From NCBI GenBank assembly GCA_937872175.1, contig CALMPI010000030.1, positions 9,273-73,272 on the forward strand: a stretch of 64,000 nucleotides of DNA, given 5' to 3'. This DNA is from an uncultured Flavobacteriales bacterium. Lineage in GTDB: Bacteria; Bacteroidota; Bacteroidia; Flavobacteriales_F; PHOS-HE28. Under the pieces are notes generated by a model. The model did not search any database. It saw only the letters and a program-made list of their open reading frames with translations, and was not told the origin of the DNA. Shown here one piece after another: positions 1 through 10,246 of this stretch; the stretch's first letter is position 1, and each line of letters starts with the position of its first letter. The translations under genes and the position numbers were made by a program.

Positions 1-210
1 GAAAGCTACCGCAGCGAGCTCGCCAGCCTCGACCTGGCCAAGCGCATCTTCGACCGCACCAGCATCAAGTTCACCAACGGCCTGGCCAGCAGCTTCGAGC
101 TCAACCAGGACCAGGGCCAGTACCTGCAGGCCCAACAGCTCTACGTGCAACGCCTGGCCGAACTGCTGATGGCCCGGGTGGACCTGCGCCGCAGCCTCGA
201 CCTCTACTGA
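1..210 (+). CDS. TolC family outer membrane efflux protein, 3' end (partial)
   Basis: Frame 1 is open to TGA at 208-210 (..LDLAKRIFDRTSIKFTNGLASSFELNQDQGQYLQAQQLY..). The amphipathic pattern matches a TolC C-terminus, and it lies directly upstream of the MFP and RND genes. Confidence 0.75.
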   Translation, partial: ESYRSELASLDLAKRIFDRTSIKFTNGLASSFELNQDQGQYLQAQQLYVQRLAELLMARVDLRRSLDLY

Positions 211-247
211 TCCGCAACCCCGCACCGCCCCACGGGCACCGACCCCC

Positions 248-1405
248 ATGAAACAGACGATCGTGTTGATGACGATGGCGGCCCTGCTGGCCGCCTGCGG
301 CGCCGCCCCCGCCCCCGGTGAGGTGGGCCGCAAGCGCGCCGAGCGCGACTCCCTGAAGGCCGCTTACGATGACCTCGGCCTGCGCATCCGTGAGATCGAG
401 GACTGGCTGGCCGCCAACGACACCGCCGTGAAGCGCGACCTGCCCATGGTGACGGCGCAGCCCGTGCGCATCAGCCGCTTCGACCACTATGTGGACGTGC
501 ATGGCAGCGTGAAGGCCGACCGCGCCGCAGCGCTGTACGCCATGGGCGGCGGCCGCGTGCGCGCCCTGCACGTGAGCGTGGGCGATCGCGTGCGCCAAGG
601 AGATCTGCTCATCAGCCTGGACAACGACATCGTGCGCGAGCAGATCGCCCAGGCCCGCACCGGCTACGAGCTGGCGAAGACCGCCTTCGAGAAGCAGGAC
701 CGCCTGTGGAAGCAGCAGATCGGCAGCGAGATGCAGTGGCTGCAGGCCAAGGCCCAGATGGAACAGGCCAAGGCCGGCGTGGACGCGCTGGAGGAGCAGC
801 AGCGCCTGAGCAACATCACCGCACCCTTCGATGGGGTGGTGGACGACATCATGGTGCGCGTGGGCGACATGGCCGCCCCGCAGATGCCCGCCGCCCGTGT
901 GGTGGACCTGTCCGGCGCCCAGCTGGAGGCCGACATGCCCGAGAACTACCTGGGCCGCATCCACAAGGACGCCCCCGCCCTCGTCCGCTTCCCCTCGCTC
1001 GACACCACCTTCGAGGCCCATGTGGAGCATGTCGGCGCCTACATCGACCCGGCCAACCGCACCTTCAAGCTCGTGGTGCACGTGCCCAAGGGCGGCGGCT
1101 ACATCCGCCCCAACCTGCTGAGCGACATCAGCGTGCTGGACCACAGCATCGACAGCGCCATCGTGGTGCCCAACGCCGCGGTGCTGGAGGACGTCAGCGG
1201 ACAGGACTATGTGTTCGCCCTGACCCCCGGTGCCGGTGACGAGGCCCGCGCCGCCAAGCTGCCCGTGCGCCGCGTGAGCGAGTACAAGGGCCTGATCTGC
1301 ATCGAACCCCTGGAGCGCGGCACCCTGCGCGACGGTGCACAGGTCGTCGTGGAAGGCGCCCGCAACGTGAGCAACGGCCAGCTGGTGCGCCTGGCCGCCC
1401 TGTAA
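248..1405 (+). CDS. Efflux RND transporter periplasmic adaptor subunit (lipoprotein)
   Basis: Lipobox LLAAC, lipoyl-like GDRVRQGDLL, coiled hairpin, ITAPFDGVV, IDPANRTF and IVVPNAAV motifs. Confidence 0.93.
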   Translation: MKQTIVLMTMAALLAACGAAPAPGEVGRKRAERDSLKAAYDDLGLRIREIEDWLAANDTAVKRDLPMVTAQPVRISRFDHYVDVHGSVKADRAAALYAMGGGRVRALHVSVGDRVRQGDLLISLDNDIVREQIAQARTGYELAKTAFEKQDRLWKQQIGSEMQWLQAKAQMEQAKAGVDALEEQQRLSNITAPFDGVVDDIMVRVGDMAAPQMPAARVVDLSGAQLEADMPENYLGRIHKDAPALVRFPSLDTTFEAHVEHVGAYIDPANRTFKLVVHVPKGGGYIRPNLLSDISVLDHSIDSAIVVPNAAVLEDVSGQDYVFALTPGAGDEARAAKLPVRRVSEYKGLICIEPLERGTLRDGAQVVVEGARNVSNGQLVRLAAL

Positions 1406-1447
1406 GCGACCCGCCCCGCCACCGCCCCGGCCACCAACGCATCCGTC

Positions 1448-4400
1448 ATGAACGCACACGACATCGAGAAGGACCTCCACGGCCCCGAACGCCAGTTCGC
1501 CATCACCACCTGGGCCGTCAACAACCGCACGACGGTCATCGTCCTCACGCTGCTCATCTGCCTCGTGGGCATCTACTCCTACATCGTGATGCCCAAGGAG
1601 AGCTTCCCGGAGGTCATCACCCCCGAGGTGTTCGTGGGAACCCCCTACAACAGCAGCTCGGTGGTCGACATCGAGAAGCTCATCACCAAGCCCCTGGAGA
1701 AGGAGATCAACACCATCAGCGGCGTCGACGAGATCAAGAGCACCAGCGTGCCCAACTACTCGGGCATCAACGTGAAGTTCAACTACAACGTCACGCCCAC
1801 CGAGGCGCTGCGCAAGGTGAAGGACGCGGTGGACAAGGCCCGCGGCGATGCCAACTTCCCCCGCGACCTGCCGGCCGAGCCCAACGTGTTCGAGATGAAC
1901 TTCAGCGAGCTGATGCCGGTGATGAACATCAACATCAGCGGCGACTACCCGCTCGATCAGCTGCACAGCTACGCCAAGCACCTGGAGGACCGCATCGAGA
2001 ACCTGCCGGAGATCAACAAGGTGGAGATCCGCGGGGTGCCCGAGCGCGAGATGCGCGTGAGCGTGGACCTCGCCCGCCTGGAGGCCCTCGAGCTGGGCTT
2101 CAACGACGTGGCCATGGCCCTGCAGATGGAGAACCTCACCATGAGCGGCGGTGAGCTGCTCGTGGGCTCCCAGCGCCGCGCCGTGCGCGTCATCGGCGAG
2201 TTCAAGGACGTGGAGCAGGTGCGCGACATCGTGGTGAAGAACGAGTTCCGGCGCGAGGTGCGGCTGGGCGACATCGCCGACGTGGCCTTCGCCTACAAGG
2301 AGGCCGAGAGCTTCGCCCGCGAGTACGGCAAGCCCGTGGTGATGCTCGACGTGATCAAGCGCGCCGGCGAGAACCTGCTCACCGCCAGCGACAAGATCAA
2401 CGCCATCATCGCCGAGGACCACGGCCGCGTGCTGCCCGCCGACCTGGTGATCACCAAGACCGGCGACCAGAGCGACCAGACCCGTGCCAGCGTGGACGAG
2501 CTGATGAACCACATCGTGCTGGGTGTGCTCCTCGTGGTGGGCGTGCTCATGCTCTTCCTCGGCCTGCGCAACGCCGTCTTCGTCGGCCTGGCGATCCCCA
2601 TGAGCATGTTCATCTCGTTCACCGTGCTCAACGCCTTCGGCGTCACGCTGAACATCATGGTGCTCTTCTCGCTCATCCTCGCCCTGGGCCGCCTGGTGGA
2701 CGACGGCATCGTGATCGTGGAGAACATCTACCGCCACATGAGCAACGGCGAGCCTCCGCTGAAGGCCACCCGACTGGCGGTGGGGGAGGTGACCCTGCCC
2801 ATCAGCACCGCCACCCTGGCCACCGTGATGGTCTTCGTGCCCCTGCTCTTCTGGCCCGGCATCATGGGCGCCTTCATGAAGTGGATGCCCATCACCTTCA
2901 TGATCGCACTGGGCAGCTCGCTCTTCGTGGCCCTGGTGGTGAACCCCGCCCTGGCCTCCAAGTTCATGAAGGTGAACGAGGCGCCGCCCACCATGCGCCG
3001 CACCTGGCGCACCGCCGGCATCCTGATGGCCGTGGGCACGGGCCTGGCCGCCCTCGGCCTCGGCACCGGCATGAACGGTGTCTTCGGCCTGGGCACCTTG
3101 TCGCTCTTCCTCGGGGTGCTCGCGCTGGTCTTCACCAAGTGGATCGTGCCGGCCACCGAGTGGTTCCAGAACAGCTGGCTGCCCCGCCTGGAGGACCGCT
3201 ACGAGCGCTTCCTGCGCTACGCCCTGGCCAAGCGCCATCCGCGCACCTTCTTCCTGGGCACCATCGGCCTGCTCATCGCCGCCTTCATGCTCATCGGCAT
3301 CGCACCGCCCAAGACCCTCTTCTTCCCGGTGAACGAGCCCCAGTACATAAACGTGTTCATCGAGGCGCCCATCGGCACCGACATCCTGAAGACCGACAGC
3401 GTGGCCCGCATCGTGGAGGCCCAGGTGATGGCGGTGATCGACGGCCCGGCGTACACCGAGGAACGCACCGTGACCCTGCCCGACGGCAGCACCCGCACCG
3501 AGCGGATGAACAAGCTCGTGAACTCGGTGATCACCCAGGTGGGCCGCGGCACCAGCGACCCCGGCAGCGGCGAGATGGAGCTGAGCGCCACCCCGCACAA
3601 GGCCCGCATCCAGATCAGCTTCGTGAAGTTCGTGGACCGCCACGGCATCAGCACCAACGATGTGCTCGAGGACCTGCAGGAGCGCGTGCAGGGCTACCCC
3701 GGCGTGCTCGTCTCGGTGGTGAAGAACGCCGACGGTCCGCCCGTGGGCAAGCCCGTCAACATCGAGATCAGCGGCGACGACATCGAGGGCCTGCTGGCGG
3801 AGGCCGAGCGGGTGAAGGCCTTCATCGACGCGCGCAACGTGCCCGGTGTGGAGGCCCTGCGCATCGACATCGACCGCGCCAAGCCGGAGATGCCCATCAC
3901 CATCGACCGCGCCAAGGCCCGCCTCTTCAACGTGAGCACCTACGCCATCGCCGACGCCATCCGCACCGCCCTTTTCGGCAAGGAGGTGAGCACCTACCGC
4001 ATCGACGGCGACGACGATGATTACGAGATCAACGTGCGCCTGAAGGACGAGTACCGCTACGACCCGCAGCGCCTGATGGACATGAAGATCACCTTCCGCG
4101 ACATGCTCACCGGCCAGATCCGCCAGGTGCCCATCAGCGCCGTGGCCACCGCCGAGCGCGGCAGCAGCTTCAGCGCCATCAAGCGCAAGGACCTCAAGCG
4201 CGTGGTCACCGTCAGCAGCAACGTCATCGCCGGCTACAACAACAACGAGGTGGTGCAGCAGGTGAAGGACGAGATGGCCTCCGGATTCCGCCTCGACGAG
4301 CGCTTCAACATGCGCTTCACCGGTGAGCAGGAGGATCAGGCCAAGGACATGGGCTTCCTGTTGTCCGCCTTCCTGGTGGCCATCTTCATCGTGTTCCTCA

Positions 4401-5020
4401 TCATCGTGGCCCAGTTCAACAGCATCAGCTACCCGGCCGTGGTGCTCAGCACGGTGATCTTCTCCACCATCGGGGTCTTCCTGGGCCTGGTGGTGTTCCG
4501 CATGGAGTTCGTGGTGCTGATGACCATGCTGGGCATCATCTCGCTGATCGGCGTGGTGGTGAACAACGCCATCGTGCTCATGGACTTCGCGCGCCTGCTC
4601 TTCGCACGCAGCAGGCGCCAGCTGGGCCTGGAGGAGGACGGGGTGCTGCCCATCGCCGAGAGCCGCGAAGCCCTGGTGCTGGCCGGCAAGACGCGTCTGC
4701 GCCCCGTGCTGCTCACCGCGGTCACCGCCATCCTGGGCCTGCTTCCGCTGGCCATCGGCCTCAACTTCAACTTCTTCACCCTCTTCTCGGAGCTGGATCC
4801 GCACATCCACATGGGCGGGGACAACAGCATCTTCTGGAGCCCGCTGAGCTGGGCGGTGATCTTCGGCCTCACCTTCGCCACCTTCCTCACCCTGATCATG
4901 GTGCCCGTGATGCTGCTGATCATCGCCAAGATCAAGCACCGCCGCTGGGCGAAGCGCCAGCGACCGGTGGCGCCCGTTGCGCCGGTGCGACCCGATCCGG
5001 ACGGCGCGGTCACCGCCTGA
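1448..5020 (+). CDS. Efflux RND transporter permease (AcrB/AcrD/AcrF family)
   Basis: 1190 aa with PKESFPE, LGRLVDDGIVIVENIYR, GVVVNNAIVL and RLRPVLLTA motifs and two blocks of TM helices. Confidence 0.95.
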   Translation: MNAHDIEKDLHGPERQFAITTWAVNNRTTVIVLTLLICLVGIYSYIVMPKESFPEVITPEVFVGTPYNSSSVVDIEKLITKPLEKEINTISGVDEIKSTSVPNYSGINVKFNYNVTPTEALRKVKDAVDKARGDANFPRDLPAEPNVFEMNFSELMPVMNINISGDYPLDQLHSYAKHLEDRIENLPEINKVEIRGVPEREMRVSVDLARLEALELGFNDVAMALQMENLTMSGGELLVGSQRRAVRVIGEFKDVEQVRDIVVKNEFRREVRLGDIADVAFAYKEAESFAREYGKPVVMLDVIKRAGENLLTASDKINAIIAEDHGRVLPADLVITKTGDQSDQTRASVDELMNHIVLGVLLVVGVLMLFLGLRNAVFVGLAIPMSMFISFTVLNAFGVTLNIMVLFSLILALGRLVDDGIVIVENIYRHMSNGEPPLKATRLAVGEVTLPISTATLATVMVFVPLLFWPGIMGAFMKWMPITFMIALGSSLFVALVVNPALASKFMKVNEAPPTMRRTWRTAGILMAVGTGLAALGLGTGMNGVFGLGTLSLFLGVLALVFTKWIVPATEWFQNSWLPRLEDRYERFLRYALAKRHPRTFFLGTIGLLIAAFMLIGIAPPKTLFFPVNEPQYINVFIEAPIGTDILKTDSVARIVEAQVMAVIDGPAYTEERTVTLPDGSTRTERMNKLVNSVITQVGRGTSDPGSGEMELSATPHKARIQISFVKFVDRHGISTNDVLEDLQERVQGYPGVLVSVVKNADGPPVGKPVNIEISGDDIEGLLAEAERVKAFIDARNVPGVEALRIDIDRAKPEMPITIDRAKARLFNVSTYAIADAIRTALFGKEVSTYRIDGDDDDYEINVRLKDEYRYDPQRLMDMKITFRDMLTGQIRQVPISAVATAERGSSFSAIKRKDLKRVVTVSSNVIAGYNNNEVVQQVKDEMASGFRLDERFNMRFTGEQEDQAKDMGFLLSAFLVAIFIVFLIIVAQFNSISYPAVVLSTVIFSTIGVFLGLVVFRMEFVVLMTMLGIISLIGVVVNNAIVLMDFARLLFARSRRQLGLEEDGVLPIAESREALVLAGKTRLRPVLLTAVTAILGLLPLAIGLNFNFFTLFSELDPHIHMGGDNSIFWSPLSWAVIFGLTFATFLTLIMVPVMLLIIAKIKHRRWAKRQRPVAPVAPVRPDPDGAVTA

Positions 5021-5072
5021 TCGGGGTGGCATGATACCTTGGAGCGGCCGTCCGGTGGGCGGCCGCTTCCGC

Positions 5073-6545
5073 ATGCGCCGCCTTCTGCCCCTGCTCGCCG
5101 GTCCGGTCGTCGCCACGCTCGCCTATGCGCTGTTGCGGCACCTCGGCGCACAGCCCGCCGCCATGGCCGGCCTGGTGGCCTGGATGGCCCTCTGGTGGAT
5201 CACCGAGGCGGTCCCCATCCCCGTCACCTCCATCCTGCCCTTGCTGCTGTTCCCCGTGCTGGGCATCGATGACGTGCCCGCCACCGCCGCGCACTACGGC
5301 AAGGAGATCATCTTCCTGTTCCTCGGCGGCTTCATCATCGCGCTGGGCATCGAGCGCTGCGGGCTGCACCGCCGCATCGCCCTGCGCATCATGGCCGCCG
5401 TGGGGAGCTCCTCGTCACGCCTTGTGCTGGGCGTCATGGCCGCGTGCGCCCTGCTGAGCATGTGGATCAACAGCACCGCCGCCGTGCTGGTGATGCTGCC
5501 CATCGCCCTGAGCCTCGTCGACGATGAGGACGCGCCGGCCGAAGCGCGCAAGCGCCTCACCGTGCCCTTGCTGCTGGGCGTGGCCTACGGGGCCACCATC
5601 GGCGGCATGGCCACTCCGGTGGGCACCCCGCCCAACCTCGTCCTCATGGCGCTGTGGAAGCAGCTCTATCCCGGTCAGGATCCGATCGGGTTCGGACAAT
5701 GGATGGCCACCTGCCTGCCTTTGACGACCGTGTTCCTCGGCATCGCCTGGCTGCTGCTCACCCGGGTGGCCTTCACGCTCAAGGGCGATTCGCTCGGTGG
5801 CGCCGATGCGGTGCGCCAACGCTTGAACGCCCTCGGTCGTCCCTCGCGCGATGAACGGCTCGCAGGGGCCGTCTTCGCCTTGGTGGCCCTGTTGTGGATG
5901 ACGGGCGACTCGATCAAGCAGGGTGGGTCGGTGCTCTTCACCGGCTGGCGCGATCGTGCCGAAGCCGTGAAGGAGGTGAGCGATGCGGCCGTGGCCGTGA
6001 TGGGGGCGATGCTCCTCTTCCTGCTGCCTGCGAGCAAGCGCATGCGGCGAACGACCGATGCCTATGCCACGCACGAAGAGGGACGATCGCTCATGAGCTG
6101 GAGCTTCGCCGAGCGGCGCGTGCCCTGGGGTGTGCTGCTCCTCATCGGCGGGGGCTTCGCGCTGGCGGCAGGCGTTGACAAGGCGGGGCTCAGCACCATC
6201 ATCGGTGAACGCATGGTGGGCCTCGGCACGCTGCCGTTGCCCATGCTGGTGGCCGTCGTGGCGCTCATCGTGTGCCTCCTCAGCGAGCTGGGCAGCAACA
6301 CCGCCACCGCCAGCTTGGTGATCCCCATCCTCGCCGCCATGGCCACGCGCTGGGGCATGGACCCGCAACGCATCCTGTGGCCCGCCACGCTCGCCGCCAG
6401 CCTGGGCTTCATGCTGCCCGTGGCCTCGCCCATGCAGACCATCGTCTTCGGCACGGGTCGCATCCCGGTGAGGCAGATGGTGCGCGTGGGGGTGTGGATG
6501 GACCTGGTCGGCGTGATCCTGCTGATGCTGATCTTCGGATGGTGA
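5073..6545 (+). CDS. SLC13/DASS family sodium:di-/tricarboxylate or sulfate symporter
   Basis: WWITEAVPI, FLFLGGF, LSMWINST, IGGMATPVGTPPN, SELGSNTA and FMLPVASP motifs. Start placed at ATG 5073 rather than the ORF-track start. Confidence 0.92.
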   Translation: MRRLLPLLAGPVVATLAYALLRHLGAQPAAMAGLVAWMALWWITEAVPIPVTSILPLLLFPVLGIDDVPATAAHYGKEIIFLFLGGFIIALGIERCGLHRRIALRIMAAVGSSSSRLVLGVMAACALLSMWINSTAAVLVMLPIALSLVDDEDAPAEARKRLTVPLLLGVAYGATIGGMATPVGTPPNLVLMALWKQLYPGQDPIGFGQWMATCLPLTTVFLGIAWLLLTRVAFTLKGDSLGGADAVRQRLNALGRPSRDERLAGAVFALVALLWMTGDSIKQGGSVLFTGWRDRAEAVKEVSDAAVAVMGAMLLFLLPASKRMRRTTDAYATHEEGRSLMSWSFAERRVPWGVLLLIGGGFALAAGVDKAGLSTIIGERMVGLGTLPLPMLVAVVALIVCLLSELGSNTATASLVIPILAAMATRWGMDPQRILWPATLAASLGFMLPVASPMQTIVFGTGRIPVRQMVRVGVWMDLVGVILLMLIFGW

Positions 6546-6644
6546 TCCGGTGCCTGGCGCGATGCCGCGACGAGGACCCGGACCCTTGCCGGTAGCGGAT
6601 CACAGGATTTCTCCGCACCTTCGGTCATCCAAGCCTTTCCGCCC

Positions 6645-7631
6645 ATGCGCATTCCGCTCTTCTTCCTCGCGTGCCTCGCCGCACTGGGCGTTCACGCCAC
6701 CATCCACCGCGTGAACAACACCGGCATCGATGCCGACTTCACCGCATTGCAGGTGGCGCACGACGCGGCTGTTGATGGGGACACCCTCCATGTGGAGCCC
6801 AGCGGCACCAGCTATGGATCGTGCACCTTCATCAAGCCCTTGGTGGTCATCGGGCCGGGCTACTTTCTCTCGTTGAACGCAGGCTTGCAGGCCAATGCCG
6901 GTACAGCGATCACGGGGGCGCTGGTGTTCGAGGCCGGGTCTGAAGGATGCGTGGTGAGCGGCTTGGATGTGCAGGGACCGACCCAGGTGAAGGCCGGCTT
7001 CGTGCGCATTGAGCGGTGCCGGTTCTCAGGCGGCGGCATGGACCTGCATATCGCCTACAATTTCCCCGGGCTCAGCCTGTCGGGGATCGTGGTGAACGGA
7101 TGCCATGTGGCGAATACACTGAACGTGGGGGCGAATGGAAGTACGGTCCTCGACGTGACCATCAGCAACACCTATGCGCGGACGCTCAACCTTGCGAACG
7201 GCAGCGGCAACTCCGGTGAGGTCTTGAACTGCTACCTGGCCGGCAGTGGTACCACGGCCCTCTTCGGTGCCGCGGGTTACACGGTGACCAACTGCATCCT
7301 GGGGCCCCTGGTCTCTCCATCCGCTGCTGCGTTCGCCAACAACATCTTCGCCGGCGCTCCTGTGCCCGCCACCAATGGCAATGTGCTCAATGCGGACCTC
7401 GGCACCGTGTTCGTGGGCGGTTCCGGGGACGCGCAGTATCAATTGGCTGCGGGCTCAGTGGCCATCGGCGCAGGGTCGGGTGGTGTGGACTGCGGCCTGT
7501 TCGGTGGCGCGGAGCCCTACACGCTCAGCGGCATCCCACCGGTACCGAGCATCTTCTCCCTGACCGCACCCACCAGCACCGACCAGGGCACGCCGCTGCA
7601 GGTCACCATCGGTGCGCGCGCCAACGATTGA
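6645..7631 (+). CDS. Secreted parallel beta-helix protein without a T9SS CTD
   Basis: Signal peptide, then IHRVNN..ADF..LQ.AHD...GDTLHVE; Asn/Gly-rich beta-helix rungs; VDCGLFGG..PY.LSGIP near the end; terminates VTIGARAND. Confidence 0.75.
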   Translation: MRIPLFFLACLAALGVHATIHRVNNTGIDADFTALQVAHDAAVDGDTLHVEPSGTSYGSCTFIKPLVVIGPGYFLSLNAGLQANAGTAITGALVFEAGSEGCVVSGLDVQGPTQVKAGFVRIERCRFSGGGMDLHIAYNFPGLSLSGIVVNGCHVANTLNVGANGSTVLDVTISNTYARTLNLANGSGNSGEVLNCYLAGSGTTALFGAAGYTVTNCILGPLVSPSAAAFANNIFAGAPVPATNGNVLNADLGTVFVGGSGDAQYQLAAGSVAIGAGSGGVDCGLFGGAEPYTLSGIPPVPSIFSLTAPTSTDQGTPLQVTIGARAND

Positions 7632-7635
7632 TCCC

Positions 7636-8391
7636 ATGGCACGCGACATCCTCCTTCCCTTCTCGGTGGTGCTCGCCATGGGGGCCTCTGCGCAGGACCT
7701 TCAGCGTGGTGAGTACTTCCTCGATGTCGACCCGGGGTTCGGGAACGGCACACCGGTCACCTTCGCCCAGGCGCAGGAGGTGTCGCTGCCGGTCTCCGTC
7801 GATGTGAGCGCCCTTGCGCCCGGACCCCATGTGCTGGGGGTGCGCATGATCGACGATGCGGGCGATTGGGGCCTCACCAACCGCCGCTACTTCATGGTGA
7901 GGAGCATGGCCACCGGTGGCGATATCGTGCGGTTCGAACACTTCCTTGACACGGATCCAGGCTTCGGCAACGCCACGGCGCTCCCGGCAGGCCCCGCGCC
8001 CGAGGTGAGCGGCCTGTTGATGGACGTGCTCACCGATGGCCTTTCCGCCGGGCCGCACACCCTGTTCGTGCGGTCACTGTCATCCACGGGCGCATGGTCG
8101 CTCACCAACGCGCAGGTGTTCAATGTGGCCGTCGGCATCGAGGAGCTGAACGCATGGGGCATCATGGCCGGACCGAGCCCACTTCGCGACGAATTGGTGC
8201 TGCAACGCAACTCCGGGAATGAGGTGATCGATATAGGCCTGATCGACGCGCAGGGCAGAGGTCTTCAGGGGACAAGATGGCTGGGCGATCGCCTGGTGCT
8301 GCCCGTGCATGCGCTTGCGGCGGGCAACTACCTGTTGGTGCTTCGCTCGAGTGAACGTGCACCGCTGGTATTGAAGCTGTTGAAGGAGTAA
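7636..8391 (+). CDS. T9SS type A sorting domain protein with two (E/H)YF.D.DPG.GN Ig-like repeats
   Basis: Signal peptide; repeats EYFLDVDPGFGNG and EHFLDTDPGFGNA; CTD-like end (GPSP..D.L....IDAQGR....LAAGNYLL....KLLKE). Confidence 0.8.
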   Translation: MARDILLPFSVVLAMGASAQDLQRGEYFLDVDPGFGNGTPVTFAQAQEVSLPVSVDVSALAPGPHVLGVRMIDDAGDWGLTNRRYFMVRSMATGGDIVRFEHFLDTDPGFGNATALPAGPAPEVSGLLMDVLTDGLSAGPHTLFVRSLSSTGAWSLTNAQVFNVAVGIEELNAWGIMAGPSPLRDELVLQRNSGNEVIDIGLIDAQGRGLQGTRWLGDRLVLPVHALAAGNYLLVLRSSERAPLVLKLLKE

Positions 8392-8458
8392 GGTCCCGCC
8401 GACCGCTCGGGCTCACCGGCTCTTTGCGCATCGGTCTCCTTCTGGCGATCTTGTGGCG

Positions 8459-10237
8459 ATGCGTACCGGCCTGCTGCTCCTTCAGATCATGCTGCTCGCG
8501 TGCGGGCGCCAGGGTTACGCACAAGCGGGCCACCTGCAGGCCCTGCGGGCTGCCGGCAAGTTCGATTCGCTTGAGATCGAGACGCGCGCCCTGCTCGCGG
8601 CGCATGCCGAGCCGGACGAGGCACGCTACGACGCCCTCTACCACCTCGCCTTCGCCCGCAGCGGAATGGATGACCCTGCGGATGCGCTGCGCAACGGCCA
8701 GGAGGCCCTGCTGATCGCCCGTGACCTGAAGGACAGCATCCGCATCATGGGCTCGCTGTACCAGCTCGTGAAGTTCAACGTGGAAGCGCGGCATTACGAG
8801 GAGGCCGACCGCCTGCGGTACGAGCTGCTGGCGCTGGCAAAGGTCTATGGCAAGGATGCCCGGCAATTGGCGCTGGCGCACAACGCCGTGGGCAGCCTGC
8901 ACAGCCGCGAGCTGCGACACGACTCTGCGGAGCATCACTACCGGGAAGGCCTTCGGGTGATGGGCGATGCGGATGAGCCACTGGTCCGTCTGGCGCTGAT
9001 CGGGAATCTGGCCGGGACATTGGGTGAGACCGGCCGGCATGCGGAAGCGATCGCCCTGCACCGGCAGGCCTTGGCCTTGGTGGACAGCGCGGATCTGTCC
9101 AACCGAGCCTGGTCGCTGCGCACCCTGGCCCAATCACTGATCCACGCCGGGCGGTACAAGGAGGCCCTCGCGACGATGCACGAGGGTGACTCGCTCAACC
9201 GGCTCGGTGGCAATGCGCTCGACCTGGCCATCGACTTCGCCGAGCTGCGCGCCGACGCGCTCGATTCGCTGGGTGACCACCGCGGCGCGTACGCCATGGT
9301 GAAGCTCGCGCGCGACCTGCAGGACACCCTGTTCGCACGAAGCCTGGATGAGCAATACCTCGAATTGGAGAAGCGGTTCGAGACGCGGCTGAAGGAGGAG
9401 GAGATCCAGCGGTTGGATGCGGAAGCCCGCGAACGCGAGGAGCGCCTGCGCGTGCGCAACGTGCAACTGTACGGAAGCCTGGCGCTCGCCATGCTCGCGC
9501 TCGGAGCGGCGGCGCTGGTGTGGCGCAACCTGCGGGAGAAGCGGAGGTATTCGGCGACGCTTGAGCGGCTCAATGCCGAACTGAAGGACCAGAAGGCGCG
9601 CATCGAGGAGATCAACCGGCTGCTGCAGCTGAAGGTGCTGCGCACGCAGATGAACCCGCACTTCATCTACAACTGCCTGCATGCCATCGGCAACCTGGTG
9701 CGCCGCGGCGATGCCGTGGGCGCGGCCAGCTACCTCGACGGCTTCGCCCGTCTGCTGCGCATGGTGCTCGACCACAGCGTGAAGGACCGGGTGCCCTTGA
9801 GCCAGGAGATGGATCTCCTGCGCCAATACCTGAAGCTCGAATCCCTGCGCTTCGCGGATGGACTGGACTACGAGGTGGATGCCGAGCCGAGCTTGCTGGA
9901 GGAGGATGATGTGGTGCCCGCCCTGGTGGTGCAGCCCTTTGTGGAGAACGCCATCTGGCATGGCCTGGCCACCAAGGAGGGTACGAAGCGCGTGAAGGTG
10001 CGCTTCACCGAGCGCCAGGGTCGCGTGGTGTGCTCGGTGGAGGACAACGGCGTGGGCCGCAGCGCCGCACCGAGGCGCGCACATGCCGACGGCAGCCCGA
10101 GCATGGGCCTGCAGCTCACCAGCGAGCGCCTGCAGCTGCTCACCTTTCGAATGCAGGAGCAGGGGCGGATCACCTTCACCGACCTCTTGGAGAACGGTGC
10201 ACCTTCAGGAACGCGCGTCGATGTGGTGCTGGGCTAA
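8459..10237 (+). CDS. TPR-containing sensor histidine kinase, LytS/His_kinase type
   Basis: Extracytoplasmic TPR-like helices, TM, QMNPHFIYNCL H-box, VQPFVENAIWHG, EDNGVG and SMGL. Confidence 0.92.
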   Translation: MRTGLLLLQIMLLACGRQGYAQAGHLQALRAAGKFDSLEIETRALLAAHAEPDEARYDALYHLAFARSGMDDPADALRNGQEALLIARDLKDSIRIMGSLYQLVKFNVEARHYEEADRLRYELLALAKVYGKDARQLALAHNAVGSLHSRELRHDSAEHHYREGLRVMGDADEPLVRLALIGNLAGTLGETGRHAEAIALHRQALALVDSADLSNRAWSLRTLAQSLIHAGRYKEALATMHEGDSLNRLGGNALDLAIDFAELRADALDSLGDHRGAYAMVKLARDLQDTLFARSLDEQYLELEKRFETRLKEEEIQRLDAEAREREERLRVRNVQLYGSLALAMLALGAAALVWRNLREKRRYSATLERLNAELKDQKARIEEINRLLQLKVLRTQMNPHFIYNCLHAIGNLVRRGDAVGAASYLDGFARLLRMVLDHSVKDRVPLSQEMDLLRQYLKLESLRFADGLDYEVDAEPSLLEEDDVVPALVVQPFVENAIWHGLATKEGTKRVKVRFTERQGRVVCSVEDNGVGRSAAPRRAHADGSPSMGLQLTSERLQLLTFRMQEQGRITFTDLLENGAPSGTRVDVVLG

Positions 10238-10246
10238 CTTGTGGCC

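Noticed and set aside
101-5116. 1671-aa minus-strand ORF, plus other long antisense ORFs (19845-22679, 44360-47581, 47963-49882, 50223-52817, 59552-62335)
   Set aside because: They are shadows of real genes on the opposite strand. High GC3 suppresses antisense stops, and the translations are His/Ala/Gly-rich with no motifs.
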